From a virus, in the IMG/VR virus record IMGVR_UViG_3300042691_053485, positions 120,535-184,534 of that record: a stretch of DNA of 64,000 nucleotides; one strand, 5' to 3'. A program made the position numbers and the translations under genes. The notes beneath the pieces were generated by a model. It saw nothing but the letters and a program-made list of their open reading frames with translations, made no database searches and was not told where the DNA came from. Below, piece after piece: positions 8,522 through 18,343 of the stretch. How positions within the stretch are numbered: position 1 is the first letter of the stretch; the number at the start of each line of letters is the position of its first letter.

Positions 8522-8962
8522 CTACAAAGTTTGTGCCAACTTCATCGCCTCTTTAATTGCCTCAAGTTGGGTGTGATGAACTGTTATTTTTCCTGACAAA
8601 ATATCATCAACAGCTATTAATCTGATAATTGAAAATTCAGGGTACTCAACACCATCTTGAGTAAAAAAGCTATTACATTTTAAGTTAATCGGTTCAACTT
8701 CAGTAACACAAAGAAATGGGACAAGCTCTTTATTTCGTCCCTTGTATTTCCTTGGAGTTAAATGGTAAACATCAGAAGAATCTATAAAGTTCCTTGGAAT
8801 ATTAGATTCTTCATATAATTCTCTTAAAGCAGCCTGTATATTGTTCTCACTCTCATCTTTTCGCCCCTTTGGAATAGACCAAACAGTTGAATTTGGCGGC
8901 GCCCCAAGAACAATTTTATTTTCAGGTTTAAAATAAACAATAAATCCACATGAAGTTTCCAT
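8522..8962 (-). CDS. NUDIX hydrolase
   Basis: Nudix box PKGRKDESENNIQAALRELYEESNI. Confidence 0.9.
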   Translation of the reverse strand: METSCGFIVYFKPENKIVLGAPPNSTVWSIPKGRKDESENNIQAALRELYEESNIPRNFIDSSDVYHLTPRKYKGRNKELVPFLCVTEVEPINLKCNSFFTQDGVEYPEFSIIRLIAVDDILSGKITVHHTQLEAIKEAMKLAQTL

Positions 8963-9049
8963 ATTTTCTTTAGAAGCTTAAACAACAAAATCCCTTAAAA
9001 AGTTTAATTACCACTTACAATTAAATATCTTAACAAAAAGGCTAAACAG

Positions 9050-9057
9050 ATATTTAT
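9050..9057 (+). promoter_or_regulatory. putative late promoter motif ATATTTAT
   Basis: 8 nt upstream of the baseplate gene start at 9066. Confidence 0.55.
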
Positions 9058-9065
9058 GAGAAAAA

Positions 9066-10889
9066 ATGCAGAAGAAGATTAACTATTATACTAGAGATTT
9101 TGCAGGTATTAGAGGTGAACTTATAAATTTCACAAGAAAGCATTTTCCTGAAACATATACCGAATTTGATGATGCTTCGATTGGGATGCTGCTTCTCGAA
9201 TTAAATGCCGCCGTTGGGGATATGTTATCGTTCAATATTGACCGTGTTGCACAAGAAAACCTTATTGAGCATGCACAAGAAAAAAGGTCGATAATGGCAC
9301 TTGCTAGGACATTCGGCTTAAAAATCCCATTTAGAAGACCCTCAATCACAATTTGTGACTTTAGTGTTGAAGTTCCTGTAAATGGTGACTCCTTCGACCT
9401 TTCCTATGCCCCGCTGATTGTTAGGGGTGCTGAAGTCGTCGGTGGAGGACAATCATTTGAAGCATTATACGATATTGATTTTTCATCACCGTTCAATACC
9501 CAAGGGCTTCCAAATCGGACTATAATTCCAAATGTCGATGGTGCAGGTCGTATCAACTCTTATACTTTAACAAAAAGAGAGCTAGTGGTCGCAGGAAAAA
9601 CAAAATTCTTCAAAAGACCAATAACTTCATCTGATGTTAAACCTTTCTTTTCAATAGATTTACCGGATTCAGATGTTCTTTCTGTTGAAAGTATAATTTC
9701 TTTAGAGGGAGTAAATTATGAATCCGTTCCGACACTTGCACAACAAACTGACCCTGATAACCTTTGGTATGCAGTAAACTCATTGGCTGAAAGTAAAATA
9801 TTTTTCGAGCAGCCATTGCAACCTTCAGATAAACGCGGGGTTTTAGTTGGTAAATGGGAGAGTGTATCAAGAAGATTTATTTGGGAATATTCAGATAAGG
9901 GATTTGTTACAGTTCGATTTGGTAACGGAGTTCAAGACACGAGCTCGTCATCAGAGTACCTCACTGACTCTGATGCTTTTTTAGCCCAAATTCAAAACTA
10001 TGTTAATGACAGTTCTTTAGGGGATGTTCCAAAGGCTAATACGACGATGTTTATTAAATATCGAGTTGGTGGAGGAACATCAAGCATCGTTGGGGCAAAT
10101 ACCTTGACTCGAATGGGCAATTTCACTATCTTGGTTGGCGGGCAAAACACAAGTACAAATCAACGTGTAAAGGGTTCACTAACGGTTAACAATGTTCTTC
10201 CTAGTTTTGGAGGCTCAGATGCACCCTCAGTTGAAGAATTGAGAAATCTCACGAAATATAATTTTGCCGCACAAAACCGCTGTGTGCTATTAAAGGATTA
10301 TTATAGCCGAATTTACTTGATGGATGGAAAGTTCGGCGTTCCATACAAAGCATCTGTATCAAAGGTAGAAAACAAAGTTGAAATCAGTGTTGTAGGGTTA
10401 GATGAATCGGGTAAATTATCTAACACATCAACAAAAACAATGAAAGACAACATTTCTAACTATCTTGAACAATATAAAAGCCCCAATGATTACATAAGTG
10501 TGAAAGACGGAAAAATTTTAAATATCGGATTCGACTTTGACTTATTTATTGACCCTGCATTCAGTCGAAATGAAATAGCAGCAGCAGTGGTAAGTGAAAC
10601 AAATTCATTTATTCAAGAGCAAAACTTAATAATGGGGCAAGACATTTATCTATCCTCTCTTATGGAAAGAATCAATAATATTGGTGGTGTATTAAATATT
10701 GTTTCTTTCAGAGTGTATAATAAGGTCGGGCAAGGATTATATTCTTTAAACAAAATAGGGCAGCCTTTAACAAATTCTGTAACAGGTGAGATTGACTTGA
10801 TGGGTAAAAATGCTGTATTTGCTGCCTACGATGAAATTTTTGAGATAAAATATCCTGAAAAGGACATAAGAGTTAGATTCCAAGTGTAA
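9066..10889 (+). CDS. baseplate wedge subunit (T4 gp6 / baseplate J-like)
   Basis: N-terminal RDFAGIRGELINF...GMLLLEL, VRFGNG, YRVGGG, GGSDAPSVEELR and QNRCV motifs. Confidence 0.85.
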   Translation: MQKKINYYTRDFAGIRGELINFTRKHFPETYTEFDDASIGMLLLELNAAVGDMLSFNIDRVAQENLIEHAQEKRSIMALARTFGLKIPFRRPSITICDFSVEVPVNGDSFDLSYAPLIVRGAEVVGGGQSFEALYDIDFSSPFNTQGLPNRTIIPNVDGAGRINSYTLTKRELVVAGKTKFFKRPITSSDVKPFFSIDLPDSDVLSVESIISLEGVNYESVPTLAQQTDPDNLWYAVNSLAESKIFFEQPLQPSDKRGVLVGKWESVSRRFIWEYSDKGFVTVRFGNGVQDTSSSSEYLTDSDAFLAQIQNYVNDSSLGDVPKANTTMFIKYRVGGGTSSIVGANTLTRMGNFTILVGGQNTSTNQRVKGSLTVNNVLPSFGGSDAPSVEELRNLTKYNFAAQNRCVLLKDYYSRIYLMDGKFGVPYKASVSKVENKVEISVVGLDESGKLSNTSTKTMKDNISNYLEQYKSPNDYISVKDGKILNIGFDFDLFIDPAFSRNEIAAAVVSETNSFIQEQNLIMGQDIYLSSLMERINNIGGVLNIVSFRVYNKVGQGLYSLNKIGQPLTNSVTGEIDLMGKNAVFAAYDEIFEIKYPEKDIRVRFQV

Positions 10890-10890
10890 A

Positions 10891-11136
10891 ATGAGTTGTA
10901 AAAAATGTAATAAAAAAAGGTTATTCAACCTATCAGGTGGACAAGGTAAAGCAGATTCATCAATAAATCCGGTATTTAGTGGTTGGTTTGGAAAAATTGC
11001 ATATTTCTTAATACTTTTGATTGTAGCCTGCACACCTATAATAAATATTGTTGCCATTTACCTGTTCGCAAAGGCAGTCTTTGGCGGCAATAAAAAAATG
11101 ATTGAAAATGAACATCAGAATCCCAACATCAACTAA
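10891..11136 (+). CDS. small membrane protein (N-terminal CxxC, hydrophobic segment)
   Basis: 81 aa, in the structural operon. Confidence 0.55.
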   Translation: MSCKKCNKKRLFNLSGGQGKADSSINPVFSGWFGKIAYFLILLIVACTPIINIVAIYLFAKAVFGGNKKMIENEHQNPNIN

Positions 11137-14100
11137 TGATAATCAAAAGTATGTGACAGTAAAACTTCAGCAAACTTTTGATTTTTTAGAAGTTCTATCA
11201 CTTAAAATAAATCAGTCTGATGTCTATAAAAGGTTCTCATCAGATTACGGTGTAATTGTAGGTAGAGTTATCGCAAATGGTGGATTTGGTGTTCCAAATG
11301 CCAAAGTGTCAATCTTTATCCCTCTTGCAGATGATGAGCGAAATTTAGATGTCATCAATAACTACCCATATAAATCTACGACTGATACTAACTTTCAAGG
11401 AATCAGGTATAACCTTCTTGAAGAGGATGCACAATCAGATTGTCATAAACCAATTGGAACATTTCCAAGCAAGAGAAAGGTTCAAGATAGTGAAGTTTGG
11501 TTGGAAATCTATGATAAGTACTACAAGTACACTACAACCACTAATTTTGCGGGAGACTTTATGATATTTGGAGTCCCTGTAGGCAATCGGAATATCCACA
11601 TGGATGTTGATATAAGTAATATTGGTTTTCTATCAGTCAAGCCATACGACCTTATTGAACAGGGATATTCTGAAAACCTATTTGAGTCAAAAACCACATT
11701 TAAGGCAGGGACGGACTTAAATAGTTTAGTTCAAGTGCAAAGTCGGGATTATGCAGTAAATGTTTTGCCATTTTGGGGTGACCCGAGCGAAGTTGAAGTT
11801 GGAATTAATAGGGTTGATTTTAACTTAGGCATTGAGATTTCATCAACAGCAACATTTTTTGGCTCAATCTTTACAGACTCAAAAAAATCTTCGGTTAGAA
11901 AAAAATGTCAACCGAGACGAACACTTGGAAGAAACTGTGATTTAGCGACCGGAACAGGGAAAATTGAAATGATTCGTAGAATTTCAAAAGACCCTTCAAT
12001 AACCACTACCGAATATATAAGTTCTGACACCAAAGGCATAGATGAAAACGGAAATTGGGCTTTTACAATCCCGCTAAATTTAGATAGAGTTATAACCGAC
12101 GAATTTGGAAATATTATCCCATCCGAAGACCCCAACGTTGGGATTGCAACGTCTGCCCTTGTAAGATTTAGAGTTTCATTGGATGAGTACCGATTTGGAT
12201 TTAAAAATAGAACCGCTAATTACTTAATTCCAAACATGTATAATCGTTTCCAGTTTGGAGATGATACAAATATAGGCGACTTTTTTGAAGTAAGATGGAA
12301 GAAAGTCTATACTGTTACGAATTATATCCCAAGATACCAAAAGTCGATAGGTGATTCGACACAGTTTTTTACAGGGATAAAGCGCATCGGTGAGTGTGAA
12401 AATACAACACCATTCCCGTATAATCGCATCAGTACAACATTAAACCCTATATATAACATCCTTTGTATTATTATTGCAGCAATAGGATATATCTTAAATG
12501 CTCTTAATCAACTAATTACAGTAATAATATTTGATGTTATTTTAACATTTGTATGTTTTGTAAAGCATCCGTTTAATTCTAGCAAGAGAGGTGCTTGTAG
12601 ATGTAATGCTTGTTCAGATTTAAACTCAGGGTTAGCCGGAATCCCAACAATTCCTGCATGGTCACCACCGTTAATCGATGGCGATGGTAGCACAGTCGAT
12701 GACAGAACTGAATGTGCAATTTGTTATGATGCGAGTGATGGAAGTCAAACCTATTCGATTAAAGTATTTCCACATGTCATGTCACCAACTATTATTTCTG
12801 ACCCTGCGGACGGTACAGATGGCAGTTATTTTTCAGTCAGTGCAACTGCGAACGGTACTGGAAATGGTGCATTATTTAATGTAGTAATAACAGGTGGGCA
12901 AATATCTGTTATCAGCTGTGTTAGCGGTGGGGCAGGCTATCAACCCGGTGAAAATTTGACATTCCCAGCCAACACTTTTGGTATGGGTTCAAGTGCAAAG
13001 GTTATCCAATTGATTATTGGAGATTTAAGCACCTTAGTTACAGTTGCAGGAGTGACAGTGGATTGTGAAGATTTTGACTATTCACTTTGTAGCGGGCTAT
13101 GTAATAGTTGTGATGTTTCACTTTTTAGTCTATTTTGTAATGGTGTAGAATATATCGATGCAATTGAATGGTCTGAGTGTGTTCGTGAAAATTTGGCAGA
13201 AGAGCTCGGAGTTGTTAAGTACGAGTTTTATAATGATTGGGTTATAGGCACACTTTATTCATTTATCTTTGACTATAAAGTTAGATTCAAGAAGAAAGGT
13301 AAAAGCCTTGAATTATTTTGCGATTATGAATGCCGTGAATCATCAACCCCCGCAGACCCTGATGACGAACATCGCAGGAATGTTTGTAGACGCTCATATA
13401 TCGCAGAAAGTGAATATTTTTTTAATGGGAATTGGGAGGTTACAGAAATTAACCCAACAGATGGGAGAGGGCTAATAACAGAGTATAATAATTATTTGTA
13501 CTATACACCTCGGCATGACATTGGTGTTAATGAGACAAACCCAATTGGATTAACAGTTAGTGAAAAGGAAAAATTACTATTTGCAACTAATATGATTGAG
13601 TTGGGGAGTATGGTTAATTGTGATATAGACGGCGAACCATTTCTTGTTGACGGCTTAGAATCCACATCCTATCAAAAAGATGATGGAACAAATACCTTGT
13701 TTTCAGCAAATAATTGTCTTTCAGGTGTAAACAATATTAATCTCAGGGGTATTACACTAAGTTCGCAAGCGGGTATAGATATTATTGTAGCCGAAGCCGA
13801 AGAAGTATCCCCTACAAGCTTCAACGGCGATGATGGAACATTGTATACTATAACCGGCTCTGAAAGTGGATTAACCCCCGATTATGATACAAATACGGCG
13901 GTAATTATTTTTGACCGGGAGAACACTTTGTTAAGACGAAACTTATGTGAAAAATTTGATTTCTATGGTACGGTAGGTGTGTATTCAACCACTTCTCAGC
14001 CAACAGGTAGTGATTTTTTAGTAGATGATAATGGTGACACTGTTGAATTTACAACTGACGTTTGCCAAGGATTTGATGACCTTAGAGATGATGTAACATA

Positions 14101-14209
14101 CTTCCAAGCAGACAACATGCCACCATATTACATGTATTTTGGAATTAGACAAGGCGTTTCAGCCCTTGATAAGCTTAGAAATAACTATTTTGACAATTGC
14201 ATAAGCTAA
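11102..14209 (+). CDS. large virion structural (baseplate/tail) protein
   Basis: 1035 aa, Cys-rich, GVIVGRVIANGGFGVPNAKVSIF (carboxypeptidase-regulatory-like), operon context. Confidence 0.7.
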   Translation: MKMNIRIPTSTNDNQKYVTVKLQQTFDFLEVLSLKINQSDVYKRFSSDYGVIVGRVIANGGFGVPNAKVSIFIPLADDERNLDVINNYPYKSTTDTNFQGIRYNLLEEDAQSDCHKPIGTFPSKRKVQDSEVWLEIYDKYYKYTTTTNFAGDFMIFGVPVGNRNIHMDVDISNIGFLSVKPYDLIEQGYSENLFESKTTFKAGTDLNSLVQVQSRDYAVNVLPFWGDPSEVEVGINRVDFNLGIEISSTATFFGSIFTDSKKSSVRKKCQPRRTLGRNCDLATGTGKIEMIRRISKDPSITTTEYISSDTKGIDENGNWAFTIPLNLDRVITDEFGNIIPSEDPNVGIATSALVRFRVSLDEYRFGFKNRTANYLIPNMYNRFQFGDDTNIGDFFEVRWKKVYTVTNYIPRYQKSIGDSTQFFTGIKRIGECENTTPFPYNRISTTLNPIYNILCIIIAAIGYILNALNQLITVIIFDVILTFVCFVKHPFNSSKRGACRCNACSDLNSGLAGIPTIPAWSPPLIDGDGSTVDDRTECAICYDASDGSQTYSIKVFPHVMSPTIISDPADGTDGSYFSVSATANGTGNGALFNVVITGGQISVISCVSGGAGYQPGENLTFPANTFGMGSSAKVIQLIIGDLSTLVTVAGVTVDCEDFDYSLCSGLCNSCDVSLFSLFCNGVEYIDAIEWSECVRENLAEELGVVKYEFYNDWVIGTLYSFIFDYKVRFKKKGKSLELFCDYECRESSTPADPDDEHRRNVCRRSYIAESEYFFNGNWEVTEINPTDGRGLITEYNNYLYYTPRHDIGVNETNPIGLTVSEKEKLLFATNMIELGSMVNCDIDGEPFLVDGLESTSYQKDDGTNTLFSANNCLSGVNNINLRGITLSSQAGIDIIVAEAEEVSPTSFNGDDGTLYTITGSESGLTPDYDTNTAVIIFDRENTLLRRNLCEKFDFYGTVGVYSTTSQPTGSDFLVDDNGDTVEFTTDVCQGFDDLRDDVTYFQADNMPPYYMYFGIRQGVSALDKLRNNYFDNCIS

Positions 14210-15783
14210 TGGGAGAAAGAAAACAAATAGTTCCCTTGAGGTTTCGTTCTAAATCAAATGTAGATGAAAATTTTCATTTGAAGTTAGATATCAAGAGAAC
14301 CGCTAAAACTTTGCCCTTTGAACATACCGATGCCACTCTTAATGTTGCAGAATTGTTTACAAGGGAAAGAAATACTTCAGAATGTTATAGATTCAATGGA
14401 GAGATAAATGTTATTGCCTCAAATGTTCTTTTCAATTGGGACGGCGAAAATTCTTTTGAAGATATAATCGATAAAATGGATTATGACACTGATACAGGTG
14501 AATATGTAAATTCTCAAGCTGAAATATTAAAGGAAAAGGATGGCTGGTTTTACTATAATGATGAAAATAGTTCTTGCGATAGAATATATCTTGAACCAAT
14601 TCCTTATAGGTTTTCACCATTGAATCTTTCGGGTGACACAAATTGGGAGCTTTGGCTAACATATCCTGATACTGTCAATATTAAACAATTATCATTTAAC
14701 TCTGTCCCGCTCTCTGATGGTATAGCGATATTTTCAGGTACGACCATCCTAATTGATGACAGGGTAATGACTGTTTTAATTTGCCCGATTAACCACGGGT
14801 TGGTCGTTGGGGATAATATTGTAATTTCTAGCCAATCAAGCACGGGGTTTGAAGGAACTCATACGGTTTATGCACTTGGGTTTGGAGATGGAACTTACGA
14901 GTCCAATGCCTTTATTGTTGATTTAGAGATAAGCCCCTTTCCAAACTTCAGTACAAGTCAAACAAGTTTAAAACGAACATTTAACGGTACTGTATCTAAA
15001 TATTTTGCAAGATGGTTCAGAAAAATATCAAGAATAGATGAGCCAGTGTTATACAAAACTGCGTTCGCAAGAAATATTTATAATGACCAAGTTTATTCTT
15101 TTGACTTTCCAAATTCTTTTGACCTTTCACTTTATGAGGATTATTTAAATCGGGAATTAACAGAAGTTTACTTTACCCTGATTAAGAGGCAAGACGTTAA
15201 CCCAACAGCATTTTGGACTAATGTTCAGAGTGGGCTTAAAACCGCTGTACTCGGTTCAGACTATGATATTAATCTGATTAACACAACATCTTTAATTACA
15301 ACCATTGAAGATGTTGCACAGAACAATAGTGAATATTTATTTGGAGATATAATTGAATACAATGAAGTTAGCCAAACAGAAATTGTTCTTGAAGTCGCAT
15401 ATCATAGGGTAAATTCATTAAACAGGGAAAATAACAATTTCTTAGAAGGGTATTTTTATAAGCCCCACTACAAACAACAAATTAAAAAATTCTCAAACTA
15501 TGTTCAAACAAAATTTAGTACAGATAATGATGTCCCCGATTATGCAACAGTTTTGCCTGATGGGAGGGCAATTTGGAGAGACATACTTCCTAATGATTTT
15601 AGTAATTCTGAACAACTTCCTTTTGTAAATGGATGTCATTATGCCCATAGTCAAATTAATTTAATCCTACAACGTCAAAATCCGTGTAACCTTTTCGATT
15701 TGGGTAATCCAAATCCAGTCATTGGTATTTGCAACTTGGATACACAACTAGAGGAAGTCCAACCTGAGAACATTTGCGAATAA
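14197..15783 (+). CDS. putative baseplate/tail structural protein
   Basis: 528 aa, overlapping starts and stops within the structural operon. Confidence 0.65.
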   Translation: MHKLMGERKQIVPLRFRSKSNVDENFHLKLDIKRTAKTLPFEHTDATLNVAELFTRERNTSECYRFNGEINVIASNVLFNWDGENSFEDIIDKMDYDTDTGEYVNSQAEILKEKDGWFYYNDENSSCDRIYLEPIPYRFSPLNLSGDTNWELWLTYPDTVNIKQLSFNSVPLSDGIAIFSGTTILIDDRVMTVLICPINHGLVVGDNIVISSQSSTGFEGTHTVYALGFGDGTYESNAFIVDLEISPFPNFSTSQTSLKRTFNGTVSKYFARWFRKISRIDEPVLYKTAFARNIYNDQVYSFDFPNSFDLSLYEDYLNRELTEVYFTLIKRQDVNPTAFWTNVQSGLKTAVLGSDYDINLINTTSLITTIEDVAQNNSEYLFGDIIEYNEVSQTEIVLEVAYHRVNSLNRENNNFLEGYFYKPHYKQQIKKFSNYVQTKFSTDNDVPDYATVLPDGRAIWRDILPNDFSNSEQLPFVNGCHYAHSQINLILQRQNPCNLFDLGNPNPVIGICNLDTQLEEVQPENICE

Positions 15784-16550
15784 TGAAAAATATTGAAATA
15801 AACATACGAAAGCTAAGTAGTGGCGAAAATTTTGTGCCAGTTGAATTTACTCAGCAATTCAGCCATACCGGAAATGAGTTTGCTGAAGACACATTTATTG
15901 AAGAATCAATAGAAGCTTCGATAAATTCAATTGAAGATTATGAAAAGGTTAGATTTACCCCCTCTTCAGGTATTACTGAAATTCACATAGAACTAATGCT
16001 TTCCGGCTCAACTCCTATTACATACGATTATTTTGGATATACAAATGATGATATTAAGTTTCGTAGGAATAAATTCAAAAAATCATTTTTGAGGTTTAGC
16101 TTTTTCGATTCTGCAAATCCAACAAGGCGAAAGCTTGCCTTCCAAAATACAGTGTTTAATCAATTAAATACTGACCAAAGGGATATAAATGGAAACTTAT
16201 TGGATGTCTCGTTAATGCCGGTAACCTATAAAATTTTAAACCCATTTTCCAATGCGTTGGGTACATTTGAAAATTATTATCTTTTTTGGTTGGCAAATCC
16301 GCAAAATACATATCCAATAAATTTCTTCACAACAATAACATACAATAATGCAATTGATGGTAAATCTCAACCATTTGTTAGTTTTGATGGTCAAATACCG
16401 ATAGCCCAACTAAACCAACTAAATTATTTGAAATATCGATTGATAAAAATGGGAGGACAAGCTGAATACACTATTGATACATTAAATCGAGATGTGCAAA
16501 TTTCAGGCACAACTTTGACAATAAAGCTTTACCCTCTAAAAACCGTATGA
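15774..16550 (+). CDS. putative structural protein
   Basis: 258 aa, operon context. Confidence 0.6.
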   Translation: MRIMKNIEINIRKLSSGENFVPVEFTQQFSHTGNEFAEDTFIEESIEASINSIEDYEKVRFTPSSGITEIHIELMLSGSTPITYDYFGYTNDDIKFRRNKFKKSFLRFSFFDSANPTRRKLAFQNTVFNQLNTDQRDINGNLLDVSLMPVTYKILNPFSNALGTFENYYLFWLANPQNTYPINFFTTITYNNAIDGKSQPFVSFDGQIPIAQLNQLNYLKYRLIKMGGQAEYTIDTLNRDVQISGTTLTIKLYPLKTV

Positions 16551-17392
16551 GAAAAAAAAAGGTAACTATTTCTATTGATAGTCTAAAAAATAGGGATTAC
16601 CCAATTATAAGACCAGGAATATCCGGGGAAATAAGTAACATTGATGGATGCCCAATCCCACCAATCCCAACCGATTTTTCGGAGTACATAAATGTAAATG
16701 AGAAGTTTGGCAAGATAGATAAATCATTTGTTTACATTGACCTGCTTTTCACCTCGAATATGACAAATGTTGGTTCATTCACAACCGAAGATTTTGTTGA
16801 GGCTATTACACTTATTAACGAGGTTCCTGATATTATTAACCGTAGAAGCGGGTTGCCGATTGAAAACTATTACACCACCGAAAGTTATTGGATTAGCGGA
16901 TTAACTGAACCTCAATTAGACCAATTCATAAGTTATAATCAGAACTCGAACTATATTGTGGGTTTAAACTATGCTGATGAACCATCAATAATGTTTTCAG
17001 GGGTTATCGACATAACAAGCGACTTTATAGAATATGTGATAGGAGGAATGGTTAATAATACCGGGCAATATATTTCTGAAACAGGGGTTATCTATAAGAC
17101 TTACAATTTTAATCGATTGGTGGAAGATAGGTTAGGTATTATGGTCGAAATCCCTTATACCGAATTTAAGTATAAGGCATTAGGCATCAAATCTTACAAC
17201 TCGTCGCTTAATGCTTTAATCCATGAAGATGTTAGACTAGGAGTTTCAGAAGTCCCAAGGGTGCAAGAGGACATCTTCATTGATAGGGGAACTGTCAGCG
17301 TAAAAGAGAATCATCTTAGAATGGCCGAAATTTCTTCTCTTGGGCAATTACAACAATATGGAAACGGATATTTTAATATTGTAAGAACTTGA
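16547..17392 (+). CDS. putative structural protein
   Basis: 281 aa, operon context. Confidence 0.6.
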   Translation: MRKKKVTISIDSLKNRDYPIIRPGISGEISNIDGCPIPPIPTDFSEYINVNEKFGKIDKSFVYIDLLFTSNMTNVGSFTTEDFVEAITLINEVPDIINRRSGLPIENYYTTESYWISGLTEPQLDQFISYNQNSNYIVGLNYADEPSIMFSGVIDITSDFIEYVIGGMVNNTGQYISETGVIYKTYNFNRLVEDRLGIMVEIPYTEFKYKALGIKSYNSSLNALIHEDVRLGVSEVPRVQEDIFIDRGTVSVKENHLRMAEISSLGQLQQYGNGYFNIVRT

Positions 17393-17423
17393 TAAATATC
17401 CCATTATTGAAAATGAAAAAGTT

Positions 17424-17432
17424 ATATTTATA
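17424..17432 (+). promoter_or_regulatory. putative late promoter motif ATATTTATA
   Basis: 11 nt upstream of ATG 17444. Confidence 0.55.
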
Positions 17433-17443
17433 TTAAAATAAAA

Positions 17444-18343
17444 ATGGCTACAGGTTTTTACGGTACGGTTAGATGTGCAGATTTCGATGTAAAAGATTGT
17501 GAGATATATTACACATATTCACCTGATTATACGACAGATTCAAGCGAAGTATTAAAGCTCGACCCGATTCAAGTCCTTAGAAAACTCGATGACCCTGATG
17601 ACTCCGGGCTTATCCTTGGCGGATTATATAAATTTGTTATGCCGACATCAATTTTCAATCGAAAGGGAATTTACAACATTATGTTTAGACCCCGTAGAAT
17701 TAGATTGAGAATTTCAGACTGCGGCGTATTAGCCTCTAAGCCTAATATTAAAGGGATAATTTTTGACTTACAAGGCGTTTCAGCAGATGATGTTTTCAGA
17801 TTTGAAAATAATGGGCTTATTGGATATGTTGTGGAGTATGTAAATACCGCCGTAAATGTTACAGAAAAGAAAGTTCAAAACTTCTTTAGAGTTATCACGT
17901 CTAATAATCGTGTTGAACCGATTTCAGAAAATTTAACAAACACCACACAAAAGGGAATCCGATATAGACTAAATGATAATAGCACATTGACATTCTGCAC
18001 TCTTTCACCTTCATCTGCCTCTTCTGTGAAGCCTGATGTAAAACCATTTCTTGGACTACCTAATCAAGAAGTTTTCTTATACCCTAGTTTTTTTGACCCA
18101 ATGTCACTAGAAATAAATCTCGTGGAACATGATTTTGATACAATTGCAATAGGGCTTTTTGGAAACCAAACAAAATCAGTAGAGGATGGAGTAAGAACAT
18201 ACTACGATGAGGATGGAAAGATTTATAAACAATTCAATGAGTATGTAATACAAGAGGAAACAACTTCAGATAAACTTTTTGAAGTAAAAGAAGAAAGAAC
18301 AAACATAGACTTTTCAAAAGATTTCAATAATATTAAACAGTAA
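17444..18343 (+). CDS. putative structural protein
   Basis: 299 aa, upstream ATATTTATA motif, operon context. Confidence 0.65.
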   Translation: MATGFYGTVRCADFDVKDCEIYYTYSPDYTTDSSEVLKLDPIQVLRKLDDPDDSGLILGGLYKFVMPTSIFNRKGIYNIMFRPRRIRLRISDCGVLASKPNIKGIIFDLQGVSADDVFRFENNGLIGYVVEYVNTAVNVTEKKVQNFFRVITSNNRVEPISENLTNTTQKGIRYRLNDNSTLTFCTLSPSSASSVKPDVKPFLGLPNQEVFLYPSFFDPMSLEINLVEHDFDTIAIGLFGNQTKSVEDGVRTYYDEDGKIYKQFNEYVIQEETTSDKLFEVKEERTNIDFSKDFNNIKQ